Positions 39,776 through 47,967 of a DNA stretch of 64,000 nucleotides are shown one piece after another (the stretch's first letter is position 1; the number at the start of each line of letters is the position of its first letter). Made by a program: the position numbers and the translations under genes. A model generated the notes under the pieces. It was not told the origin of the DNA and did no database searches. It saw only the letters and a program-made list of their open reading frames with translations. This stretch comes from Candidatus Omnitrophica bacterium UBA6249 (lineage in GTDB: Bacteria > Omnitrophota > Gorgyraeia > Gygaellales > Profunditerraquicolaceae): NCBI GenBank assembly GCA_002441305.1, contig DJVT01000009.1:281156-345155 (forward strand), in the 5' to 3' direction.

Positions 39776-40447
39776 TTACCTTCCGTTTATTAAGCCGGCG
39801 AAATAACCGGCACCGAATCCATTATCTATATTGACAACAGTAACCCCGGGAGAACAGCCGTTCAACATGGAAAGCAGGGCGGCAAGCCCGGAAAAACTGG
39901 AGCCGTATCCGCAGCTGGTAGGAACCGCAATAATAGGCACCTTTACCAATCCGCTTACCAGGCTGGCAAGGGCTCCCTCCATACCGGCAACGACTATTAT
40001 TACTTTTGCCTTCCTTAATTTGGGCAGGTGCCTGATCAGCCGGTGCACCCCCGCAACTCCGACGTCGTAAAGCTTCTCCACCCGGTTGCCCGTTATGCGC
40101 AGGGTTACCGCCGCTTCTTCCGCTATCGGTATGTCGCTGGTACCTGCAGAAATAACCAGGACTTTTCCTTTGAGGCTCTTTCCCGGCCCGGCGGTCAAAT
40201 ACCCTATTTTTGCCAGAGAATCATATTTTAACGCGGGAAGGGATTTCTTAAGAAACAGGAAGGAATCTTTGTCTAATTTCGTCAGGATGAGGTCTTGCTT
40301 TAATTCGACTGTCTTTACGGCGATTTTCTCGAGATAACGCCTTTCTTTACCGGGGCAGAAGATTACCTCAGCCAATCCCTTGCGCCTTTTCCTGTCCGTG
40401 TCGAGTTTTGCAAAACCCAAATCGCAGAAACCTTTTTTTGCCGGCAT
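39776..40447 (-). CDS. larB: LarB homolog (PurE-like pyridinium-3,5-biscarboxylic acid mononucleotide synthase family; nickel-pincer nucleotide cofactor biosynthesis)
   Basis: 223 aa. C-terminal 130 aa near-collinear with L. plantarum LarB as recalled: AGTSDIPIAEEA..YDVGVAGVHRL..AKVIIVVAGMEGALASLVSGLV..PIIAVPTSCGYG..VVNIDNGFGAGYFAGLI. ATG directly follows the TAA of the upstream gene; 4-nt gap to acsC. Confidence 0.8.
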   Translation of the reverse strand: MPAKKGFCDLGFAKLDTDRKRRKGLAEVIFCPGKERRYLEKIAVKTVELKQDLILTKLDKDSFLFLKKSLPALKYDSLAKIGYLTAGPGKSLKGKVLVISAGTSDIPIAEEAAVTLRITGNRVEKLYDVGVAGVHRLIRHLPKLRKAKVIIVVAGMEGALASLVSGLVKVPIIAVPTSCGYGSSFSGLAALLSMLNGCSPGVTVVNIDNGFGAGYFAGLINGR

Positions 40448-40756
40448 TTACAGGCCCCGGTAGATGAAAAAACCGAGTAAAAAGATTAAAACCCCGGCCA
40501 GGATATAAAAATCGTTGAAATAAAAGAAGTCGCGAAGCTTGTCCAGGAATACCCCTTTCTCCCTGGGCTGGCTGCCGCTCTGCGCATGAAGGGTTTTTTT
40601 GTATGCCTCCACCTGGTCCTGCCTGAACCTGAGGTAAACCCCCCCTATTTTATAAGCGGGAATAGCCCCTTTTTGCGCCAGGTCAAGCACGTCTTTTTCA
40701 AAAACGCCGAGCAAGGAAGCCACGTCGCGTACCGTAAGCAGTTTTTCTTCGGACAT
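40448..40756 (-). CDS. Membrane-anchored excisionase-family HTH protein (N-terminal HTH_17, C-terminal TM helix)
   Basis: 102 aa. LLTVRDVASLLGVFEKDVLDLAQKGAIPAYKIGGVYLRFRQDQVEAY matches the excisionase/MerR-like HTH (LTvxEaAxxLgvsxxtvyrlixxGxlPaxrvGrxwrfxxxdl). C-terminal FYFNDFYILAGVLIFLLGFFIY TM segment. Confidence 0.55.
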   Translation of the reverse strand: MSEEKLLTVRDVASLLGVFEKDVLDLAQKGAIPAYKIGGVYLRFRQDQVEAYKKTLHAQSGSQPREKGVFLDKLRDFFYFNDFYILAGVLIFLLGFFIYRGL

Positions 40757-40758
40757 TC

Positions 40759-41262
40759 TTATTTTCCTATTTTACCTGAAGCGACCCAGTTGTCGATCGC
40801 CTTTCTTTCGAATTTCCACTCGTCCCCGTCTTTGTTGCCCGGCACCCTTCCCGAATTAGCCCATTCCATTACCGAATTGAGCTCTACCTCGAGATACCTG
40901 GCGAGCTGCTCCGGGTTAAGAAAATCATGCAGCATGGAGCACCTGCCTTCCAAAACAGCCCCTTCGGCGATGTTCAATTTGGCCGGATAGATATCCCCCT
41001 CGACCACTGCCTGCGGCAGAAGAGTCAGCCTTTCCTTGGCGGTGATCCTGCCCCTTACCTGTCCGCCGACGATAATATTATCGCCCACGACATCCGCTTT
41101 AATGGAAGCGGTCGCCCCGATAGTCAGGTTGCCGCGCACATCCAGGTTGCCTTCGAACTTTCCGTTGATGCGCAGATTTACCGGGTCCTTAAAAGAAAGG
41201 CTTCCCTGCATTTCGGCATCTACATCCAGAACCTTTTCTTCAAGCTTCTTTTTGAATGCCAT
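40759..41262 (-). CDS. Bactofilin-domain protein fused to C-terminal excisionase-family HTH
   Basis: 167 aa. Residues about 10-110 show the bactofilin beta-helix repeat (INGKFEGNLDVRGNLTIGATASIKADVVGDNIIVGGQVRGRITAKERLTLLPQAVVEGDIYPAKLNIAEGAVLEGRC). C-terminus LNPEQLARYLEVELNSVMEWANSGRVPGNKDGDEWKFERKAIDNWV is HTH_17. Strong AAGGAGGGGG RBS. Confidence 0.6.
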   Translation of the reverse strand: MAFKKKLEEKVLDVDAEMQGSLSFKDPVNLRINGKFEGNLDVRGNLTIGATASIKADVVGDNIIVGGQVRGRITAKERLTLLPQAVVEGDIYPAKLNIAEGAVLEGRCSMLHDFLNPEQLARYLEVELNSVMEWANSGRVPGNKDGDEWKFERKAIDNWVASGKIGK

Positions 41263-41719
41263 GCGCCCCCTCCTTTTTGATAAGTTTAGGGTTATTTAGA
41301 ATGCGGTTTTCTATGTAGCGCAATAAATGCAATACCAGCAAAACGAACGCTGTGGTATATATGGATACCTTGATGAAACCAACCCCTACAGCCAAGCCGA
41401 TCGCCGAAACCACCCATAAGCTTGCCGCAGTAGTCAGGCCTTTCACTCTTTCCGGTTCGCGTATGATCGTGCCGGCGCCCAAAAAGCCTATGCCCGTGAT
41501 CACGCCTGCGGCGATCCTTGCCGGATCCAGTGCGACCTTGTCTTTATATATATCAAAAACATACAGTGATGTCAACATGATAAGAGACGAGCCTAATGCC
41601 ACCAGGATGTGCGTACGCAGGCCGGCATCCCGGCGGTGCACCTGGCGCTCCAGGCCGATCAATCCGCTTAAAATAACAGTCAGAGACAAACGCGCGATCA
41701 TTTCAAGATCGGTAGGCAT
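41240..41719 (-). CDS. MgtC/SapB family membrane protein
   Basis: ARLSLTVILSGLIGLERQVHRRDAGLRTHILVALGSSLIM..GIGFLGAGTII. ATG at 41719 overlaps the tsaD TGA (ATGA); the track start at 41722 is TTG. Confidence 0.8.
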   Translation of the reverse strand: MPTDLEMIARLSLTVILSGLIGLERQVHRRDAGLRTHILVALGSSLIMLTSLYVFDIYKDKVALDPARIAAGVITGIGFLGAGTIIREPERVKGLTTAASLWVVSAIGLAVGVGFIKVSIYTTAFVLLVLHLLRYIENRILNNPKLIKKEGAHGIQKEA

Positions 41720-42687
41720 CAACCCCTCCTTGGTTTTGCGGTTTTTCTATAAAGACGGTAAGCAAGCCCGGCAACCATAGCCCCGTTATCCATGCATAAT
41801 CCGTTTTCCGGGAAAAAACAATTCACCCCCGCTTTGCGCGCTGCGGCGGACATTTTATCCCGCAAGAATTTGTTTGCCGCCACACCTCCTCCTACCAGCA
41901 GGTATTTTGACTTCATCCTTGAACAGGCAAACAGCGATTTTTCGACCAGCACCCCGGTAACGCTGTCCTGAAAAGAAGCTGCTATATCCGCACGGGAGTA
42001 ACCGTCTGCGGGGGTTTTCTTCTTCATGCGGTACATTACCGCCGTCTTGATCCCGCTGAAACTGAAATCAAATTCCCCCTTTACCCCGGAACACGAAAAA
42101 CGGATCTTTTTGCCGTCGCCCCGCAAGGCAAGTTTTTCTATCAAGGGGCCTCCCGGATAACCCAGGCCCATAATTTTAGCCACTTTATCGAATGCCTCCC
42201 CGCAGGCATCGTCCCTGGTTTGGCCAAGGAGTTTTATGGCGGAGAAATCTTTCATATAAAAAATACTGGTGTGCCCTCCGGAAACAACGAGGGCAACGCA
42301 GGGAAACCGTATGCCTTCATGGCAGAGGAAATTTGCGTAAATATGGCTGTGCACGTGGTCGATTCCGATAAGCGGTTTTTTCAAGCCTGCCGCAAGCGCC
42401 TTTGCGAACGCATTTCCCACGAGCAGCGAACCCGGCAGCCCGGGAGACCTGGTCACCGCGATAAGGCCGATATCCTTCTCTTTGGCCCCCGCGCTTCTCA
42501 TCGCCTCCAGGTATACCCCCGCTATACTTTCCAGTTGAAGGCGCGAAGCTATTTCCGGGATGACTCCTCCGTATCTGCTGTGCAGTTTCAAGCTGGAAAC
42601 AACGGTATTCGCCAGGATAGCCCTGCCGTTTCTAACTATCCCCACCCCCGTCTCATCGCAGGACGTTTCCACCCCTACAACTATCAT
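41719..42687 (-). CDS. tsaD: tRNA N6-adenosine threonylcarbamoyltransferase
   Basis: 322 aa. MIVVGVETSCDETGVGIV.., HxxxH-type metal site (IDHVHSHIYA), Kae1/YgjD family. Confidence 0.95.
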   Translation of the reverse strand: MIVVGVETSCDETGVGIVRNGRAILANTVVSSLKLHSRYGGVIPEIASRLQLESIAGVYLEAMRSAGAKEKDIGLIAVTRSPGLPGSLLVGNAFAKALAAGLKKPLIGIDHVHSHIYANFLCHEGIRFPCVALVVSGGHTSIFYMKDFSAIKLLGQTRDDACGEAFDKVAKIMGLGYPGGPLIEKLALRGDGKKIRFSCSGVKGEFDFSFSGIKTAVMYRMKKKTPADGYSRADIAASFQDSVTGVLVEKSLFACSRMKSKYLLVGGGVAANKFLRDKMSAAARKAGVNCFFPENGLCMDNGAMVAGLAYRLYRKTAKPRRG

Positions 42688-43457
42688 TTGGCAATCTCCG
42701 AAACGAACACGAATTTATATCCTTTTTTTGCCAACTTTGGCATCTCTTCTTTCAAAACAAGCAGGGTGTTTTTGCGGTCATGCCCTATGCCTAAGGCTTT
42801 GCCGTTTTTTTCCGCCAGCGACTCCAGCCTGGCCACCTGGGACCTGATATAATTCATATCATCCTTATTGTCGAGGAATACGTCCCTTTTTGCAAAACGC
42901 GTATTTATCCGTCTTGCCAAAACGGGGCAAACCGAATCAGCGGTAACGTAGCTGTCGAGAAAATACAGCCCCCTGCTTTTTGCCTCTTCCAGGATCATCC
43001 CGCTCACCCGGGAATCCTCCGTAACAAGCGACCCCATGTGATTCGATATCCCCTCGGCAAAGGCTACGGAAGCAAGGTCCTGGTCAAGTATGCGCTTCAA
43101 CTCTTTTTTATCCGCGTTAAGGGTGATTGTATCTTTCTCAAGCCGGTATTTCTCTCTTGGCTGCATAGGCAAGTGCAGTATTATCTCAAAACCCGACGCC
43201 TTCAGGCGGCTTGATGCCGCGTATGAATTCTTTAAATTAGGCAGCACTGCGCAGGTCAAAGGGTATTTTATCTCTTCGGCTACGGGAATATTGTTCAGGC
43301 TGTAGCCCCAGTCGTCTATTACAACGGCAATCAGGCCTTTTGCAGGGGCCCTGGAGGAAGGCGTATCCTTATGGAAAAAGCGCACGACGGCAAGGATGGA
43401 TATTATGAAAAACAGAAAAAGGGCGATGTAAAACAGCGGGTTGGCGCGAAGCTTCAT
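42684..43457 (-). CDS. Divergent polysaccharide deacetylase family protein (YibQ-like)
   Basis: 257 aa. N-terminal TM/signal, then GLIAVVIDDWGYSLNNIPVAEEIKYPLTCAVLPNLKNSYAASSRLKASGFEIILHLPMQP, typical of the YibQ family. Confidence 0.65.
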   Translation of the reverse strand: MKLRANPLFYIALFLFFIISILAVVRFFHKDTPSSRAPAKGLIAVVIDDWGYSLNNIPVAEEIKYPLTCAVLPNLKNSYAASSRLKASGFEIILHLPMQPREKYRLEKDTITLNADKKELKRILDQDLASVAFAEGISNHMGSLVTEDSRVSGMILEEAKSRGLYFLDSYVTADSVCPVLARRINTRFAKRDVFLDNKDDMNYIRSQVARLESLAEKNGKALGIGHDRKNTLLVLKEEMPKLAKKGYKFVFVSEIAK

Positions 43458-44695
43458 TTCCTGTCTGATTGTTTGTATAATTCTATGGTTTTCAGGGTAT
43501 CGACAGCGCGCGATATCTGCCTGTCAGCCTTGTAATCGAAAGCGCCGGCAGCAAAAATCGAACCCGGCATTTTCTCCGGGGCTTTCCTGCTTTCTACCGA
43601 AGGCTGTTCTGTGGAAACTATAATATCCGGAACTATGCCTTTTTCGTGGATTACCTTGCCTGAAGGAGTAAAATAATAAGCGGTAGTAAGGCGTAAAGCC
43701 GAACCGTCTCCCAGAGGGATAACCGTTTGCACCGAACCCTTGCCAAAGGTCTTTTCTCCGATAAGTATCGCGCGTTTATAATCCTGCAGGACCCCGGCGA
43801 CTATCTCGCTTCCGGAAGCCGACCCCCCGTTGACCAGGACCACCAGGGGCAAATCCAGGACCGCGTTCTTGCTGTCGGAGATAAATTCCATCTCCTGGTC
43901 TTTTTTTCTTCCCTTGGTGTAAGCGATCATTTTACCGGACGGAATAAATCTCCCGGCTACCTTTACCGCAGAGTCCAGCAGGCCTCCGGGGTTGTTCCTC
44001 AAATCCAGGATCAACCCGCTGGGTTTCTTGCGCATCAGCGAATTAAGGGCGTTATCGAATTCCCGCTGAGTGTTATCGCGGAACTCGGTAAGCCGTATAT
44101 ATCCTATTCCGTCTTCCAGGAACAGGGAATACTTCACGTCTTTAACCCTGATCACATCCCTGACAATCTTGAACTCCAGGAGCTTCTTTTCCGAATCCCT
44201 CAATACGGTAAGTTTTATGGCCTCTCCCGGCCTGCCCCGCATCTTTTTTACCGCTTCAGGCAAGGTAATTTCCCTGGTCAGTTCTCCGTCAATCTTTACG
44301 ATATGGTCATTGGCTTTTATCCCGGCTTTCCAGGCAGGCGTATCTTCAATAGGCGTAATTACCGTCAATAAACCGTCTTTTAAGGTTATCTCTACTCCCA
44401 CTCCCCCGAATCTCCCCTCTGTATCCACCTTCAGCTCATTATAGGTATCGGGGTCCATGAATTGGCTGTGCGCGTCAAGCGAAGAAAGCATCCCCTTTAA
44501 AGCACCGTAAATCAGGTCTTTCGGCGTCTTATCCTCTACGTAATCCTCATGTATGATTGCCAGAGAATCGGAGAATAAGCCGGCCTGGCGGTAAAGCTCG
44601 TCGCGGTCTTTTTTCTTCCCGGAAGAAAAAGCGCCTCCGGCCCAGGCCAGGAGGATGCAGGCAAGCAAAAGACACACGAGGGTGTTTTTACGCAT
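43454..44695 (-). CDS. ctpA: Carboxyl-terminal processing protease (S41 family, PDZ domain)
   Basis: 413 aa. Signal peptide, PDZ (GGVGVEITLKDGLLTVITPIEDTPAWKAGIKANDHIVKIDG), S41 catalytic region (LVVLVNGGSASGSEIVAG, KTFGKGSVQ). Confidence 0.85.
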   Translation of the reverse strand: MRKNTLVCLLLACILLAWAGGAFSSGKKKDRDELYRQAGLFSDSLAIIHEDYVEDKTPKDLIYGALKGMLSSLDAHSQFMDPDTYNELKVDTEGRFGGVGVEITLKDGLLTVITPIEDTPAWKAGIKANDHIVKIDGELTREITLPEAVKKMRGRPGEAIKLTVLRDSEKKLLEFKIVRDVIRVKDVKYSLFLEDGIGYIRLTEFRDNTQREFDNALNSLMRKKPSGLILDLRNNPGGLLDSAVKVAGRFIPSGKMIAYTKGRKKDQEMEFISDSKNAVLDLPLVVLVNGGSASGSEIVAGVLQDYKRAILIGEKTFGKGSVQTVIPLGDGSALRLTTAYYFTPSGKVIHEKGIVPDIIVSTEQPSVESRKAPEKMPGSIFAAGAFDYKADRQISRAVDTLKTIELYKQSDRK

Positions 44696-46121
44696 CGCCG
44701 ATCTTTCTCCTGATTAAATCCCCTACTATCTTGGGGTTTGCTTTTCCCGAACTTTTTTTCATTACCTGCCCAACCAAAAACATCAGGGCGTTTGTCTTGC
44801 CGGATTTGAAGCTATTGACCGTCTTTTCGTTTTCTGCGATGATTTGGCAGACCATCGATTCGAGCTCCCCCGCATCGGATATCTGGAGCATATTGTTTTC
44901 CTTGATAATCTCGGAAGCCGGCCTGCCGGAATCTATCATTTGGGTCAAAACGGACTTGGCGGAAAGATGGGATATCGATTGGTTATCCACGAAGGCCAGG
45001 AGGTTCACCAGTTCATCCTTGTCGATCTTAAGCTCATGCAGGCTCCTCTTGCGCGCGTTGGCCTCGGACAATAACGGGCCGATCAGCCAGTTTACCATGG
45101 ATTTCTTGTCTTTTTCGGGGTAGAGTTTTATGCATTCTTCGGAAAAATCCGCCCCCTTCCTGGAAGCGGTAAGGATACCCGCTTCATAAGCCGATATACC
45201 GTAGTCGCGCATAAAACGACCGGCTTTTTCTTTGGGCAGTTCCGGCAAACGCGAAGCTGCCAGGGAAACAGTCTCCCGTCCGATAACAAAAACAGAAAGG
45301 TCGGGATCTGGAAAATAGCGGTAGTCATTCGCTTCTTCCTTTGTGCGCATCGAAGAAGTAACCCCTTTTTCCGCATCCCAAAGCCTCGTCTCCTGGGCCA
45401 GTTTTTCCCCTGCCTCCAACAACCCGGTCTGCCGGGCGACTTCATAAGATAAAGCGTCTTTTACGCCTTTAAACGAATTCATATTCTTAAGCTCTGTTTT
45501 TACTCCCAGCCCTGAGGAGCCTTCGGGGCGCAGCGAGATATTCGCGTCACAACGCAAAGATCCTTTTTCCATATCGCAGTCCGAGACGTCAAGATATTCT
45601 ATTACGTTTTTGAGGTTAGTCAGGTAATCGAAAGCCTCCTGCGGGCTGTTTAAATCCGGTTCGCTTACGATCTCAAGCAAAGGCACCCCCGCGCGGTTAA
45701 AATCGACCATGCTTTCCTTGTCCCCATGGATTAGTTTTCCGGCATCCTCCTCAAGGTGTATCCTGGTGATGCCTATGCGTTTTTCGTTACCTCCGCTCGA
45801 TATATCCAGATGGCCATTGCGCGATAAAGGCAGGTCATACTGCGAAATCTGGTAATTCTTCGGCAGATCAGGATAAAAATAATTTTTCCGGTCGAATTTC
45901 GTACGCTCCTGTATTTTGCATGAAAAGGCCAGCGCCACTTTTATCGCATAGCCCAGGGCCTCTTTGTTATACACCGGAAGAGTGCCCGGCATCCCCAGGC
46001 ACACAGGGCATACGCATGAATTCGGAGTCCTTCCGAAATCCGTGGGACAGGAACAAAAAGCCTTGGTCCTGGTATTTAACTGCAGGTGCACCTCTAATCC
46101 TATAACCGTCTGGTATTTCAT
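44688..46121 (-). CDS. gatB: Asp-tRNA(Asn)/Glu-tRNA(Gln) amidotransferase subunit B
   Basis: 477 aa. [30 protein letters not shown].. Confidence 0.97.
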   Translation of the reverse strand: MKYQTVIGLEVHLQLNTRTKAFCSCPTDFGRTPNSCVCPVCLGMPGTLPVYNKEALGYAIKVALAFSCKIQERTKFDRKNYFYPDLPKNYQISQYDLPLSRNGHLDISSGGNEKRIGITRIHLEEDAGKLIHGDKESMVDFNRAGVPLLEIVSEPDLNSPQEAFDYLTNLKNVIEYLDVSDCDMEKGSLRCDANISLRPEGSSGLGVKTELKNMNSFKGVKDALSYEVARQTGLLEAGEKLAQETRLWDAEKGVTSSMRTKEEANDYRYFPDPDLSVFVIGRETVSLAASRLPELPKEKAGRFMRDYGISAYEAGILTASRKGADFSEECIKLYPEKDKKSMVNWLIGPLLSEANARKRSLHELKIDKDELVNLLAFVDNQSISHLSAKSVLTQMIDSGRPASEIIKENNMLQISDAGELESMVCQIIAENEKTVNSFKSGKTNALMFLVGQVMKKSSGKANPKIVGDLIRRKIGDA

Positions 46122-47557
46122 AATTGCGGTCTGGCCTTATGCCACTCCGTATTCCGCTCGAAAGCGTGAGCAACCCTGAAAATCATCTCTTCGTTAAAAG
46201 GCTTGGCCATTACCTGCAGACCTACGGGCAGCCCTTCCCGGGTAAAGCCGCAGGGTATGGAAATCGCGGGAATACCGGCCAAATTTACAGATATGGTATA
46301 TATATCGGAGAGGTACATCTTAAGCGGGTCCGACGCCTTTTCCCCTATCCTGAAAGCCGGAGTTGGCGACGTGGGGGCAATAATGCAGTCGAAATCCCCG
46401 AAAGCCGTATCAAAATCTTTTTTTATGAGAGTGCGGACCTTCAAGGCGCGCAGGTAGTAAGCGTCATAATAACCGTGCGAAAGCGCAAATGTTCCCAGGA
46501 TTATCCTGCGTTTTGCCTCTTCGCCAAATCCTTTAGAACGCGTTTTTTTATACATATCCATAAGGCTTTCCGAAGGCGCCCGGTAACCGTATTTTACCCC
46601 ATCGAACCTGGCCAGGTTAGAACTGGCTTCAGCGGTGGCAATAATATAATAAACCGGTACCGCGTATTGCGCATGCGGCAGGCTTACCTCTTTCAAGCAC
46701 GCCCCCAGGGATTCCAGTTTTCCGGCGGCCTCCTTAACGGACAGCTTGACTTGCTCGTCCAGTCCTTCAACGAAGTATTCCTTAGGCATGCCTATTCTCA
46801 GCCCTTTTATATCCATGCCGAGCGATTTAGTGTAATCCGGGACCGGATAATCGACGGAAGTCGAATCATTGGGATCGTAACCCGATATCGCCCCGGTCAG
46901 GATTGCCGAATCCTCCACATCCTTGGTAATCGGACCGATTTGATCAAGGCTGGAGGCAAAAGCGACCAGCCCGAAACGCGAAACCCTGCCGTAAGTAGGT
47001 TTTAAACCGACTACTCCGCAAAAAGAAGCGGGCTGCCTTATCGAGCCTCCGGTATCCGAACCCAGGGCCCAGATCGCCTCGTCTCCGGCTACCGCAGCGG
47101 CAGAACCTCCGGAAGACCCCCCGGGCACAAATGCCGTATTCCATGGGTTGCATGTAGGGCCGAAACAGGAATTCTCGGTAGATGAACCGAAGGCAAACTC
47201 ATCCATATTGGCTTTCCACGGGAAGATCCTGGCTCCCGCAGATTTCAATTTTGCGATTACCGTAGCGTCGTAAGGGGGATAAAACCCGGAAAGGATCCTG
47301 GAGCAGCATTCCGTGGCCAGCCCCGTAGTGCAGATATTGTCCTTTACGGTTACCGGAAGCCCGCATAACGGGCCCGCGCATCCAACCGCCTTCTCGTCCG
47401 CCTCTTTTCCGGAATTGCCGGTCCTGGGGTAGGCCCTTACCTTGCTGTCGATCTTCCCTATCCGGGCATAGATAGCTTCATCTATATCCTTGGGGGAAAG
47501 ACGTTTTTCTTTTAAGGCTCCGAGCAATTCATGTGCCGTCAGTCTGTTAGCTTCCAT
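46118..47557 (-). CDS. gatA: Glu-tRNA(Gln) amidotransferase subunit A
   Basis: 479 aa amidase-signature enzyme ([12 protein letters not shown]..), canonical position after gatC. Confidence 0.95.
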   Translation of the reverse strand: MEANRLTAHELLGALKEKRLSPKDIDEAIYARIGKIDSKVRAYPRTGNSGKEADEKAVGCAGPLCGLPVTVKDNICTTGLATECCSRILSGFYPPYDATVIAKLKSAGARIFPWKANMDEFAFGSSTENSCFGPTCNPWNTAFVPGGSSGGSAAAVAGDEAIWALGSDTGGSIRQPASFCGVVGLKPTYGRVSRFGLVAFASSLDQIGPITKDVEDSAILTGAISGYDPNDSTSVDYPVPDYTKSLGMDIKGLRIGMPKEYFVEGLDEQVKLSVKEAAGKLESLGACLKEVSLPHAQYAVPVYYIIATAEASSNLARFDGVKYGYRAPSESLMDMYKKTRSKGFGEEAKRRIILGTFALSHGYYDAYYLRALKVRTLIKKDFDTAFGDFDCIIAPTSPTPAFRIGEKASDPLKMYLSDIYTISVNLAGIPAISIPCGFTREGLPVGLQVMAKPFNEEMIFRVAHAFERNTEWHKARPQL

Positions 47558-47560
47558 ATC

Positions 47561-47848
47561 TTATTCGATTATTTTGGGGACAGTGAAAAAATTCCCGTCT
47601 TTGGCCGGGGCATTCCTCAAGGCCTCTTCCGGGGTCAAACACTCTTTCGGAGAATCCTCGCGTAAAACATTGCTTAAAGGGAGAATGTGGCTGGCGGGCT
47701 CCGCCTCCTTTACATCCAAAAGGCTCAATTTGTCGATAAACACCAGTATCTCCTGAAGCTGGGAAGAGAGTTTTTCCAGCTCCCCGGATTCAAGTTCCAT
47801 GCGCGCCAGATGCGCTACATGCTGAACAGTTTCTTTATCTATGGACAT
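47561..47848 (-). CDS. gatC: Glu-tRNA(Gln) amidotransferase subunit C
   Basis: 95 aa from the ATG at 47848 (MSIDKETVQHVAHLARMELE..); AAAGGAGAAGAG RBS. The track ORF starts 16 codons upstream. Confidence 0.85.
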   Translation of the reverse strand: MSIDKETVQHVAHLARMELESGELEKLSSQLQEILVFIDKLSLLDVKEAEPASHILPLSNVLREDSPKECLTPEEALRNAPAKDGNFFTVPKIIE

Positions 47849-47868
47849 CTCTTCTCCTTTGCTAAAGT

Positions 47869-47896
47869 ATTTTAGCATTTTTACTTTAAAAGTCAA
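47869..47896 (-). promoter_or_regulatory. Promoter TTGACT-N16-TAAAAT for gatCAB (and possibly the downstream 13-kb co-directional block)
   Basis: rc of 47891-47896 = TTGACT; rc of 47869-47874 = TAAAAT. Confidence 0.5.
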
Positions 47897-47918
47897 CAGG
47901 ATAGAGGCGGCTTTTAAG

Positions 47919-47946
47919 TTGACAAAACGGATAAAATCTGTACAAT
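47919..47946 (+). promoter_or_regulatory. Consensus promoter TTGACA-N16-TACAAT for the 1083-aa gene (divergent from the gatC promoter)
   Basis: ttgaca at 47919-47924, tacaat at 47941-47946; about 14-nt leader without a Shine-Dalgarno before the ATG at 47968. Confidence 0.55.
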
Positions 47947-47967
47947 GCTACTATTAACTATTTCAAC

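Noticed and set aside
40448-41262. Possible prophage or integrative-element remnant (two excisionase-family HTH domains)
   Set aside because: No integrase, recombinase, att-like direct repeats or phage structural genes anywhere nearby. Both genes are translationally coupled into the tsaD-mgtC...larB-acsC operon, so they are treated as native regulators or structural proteins.
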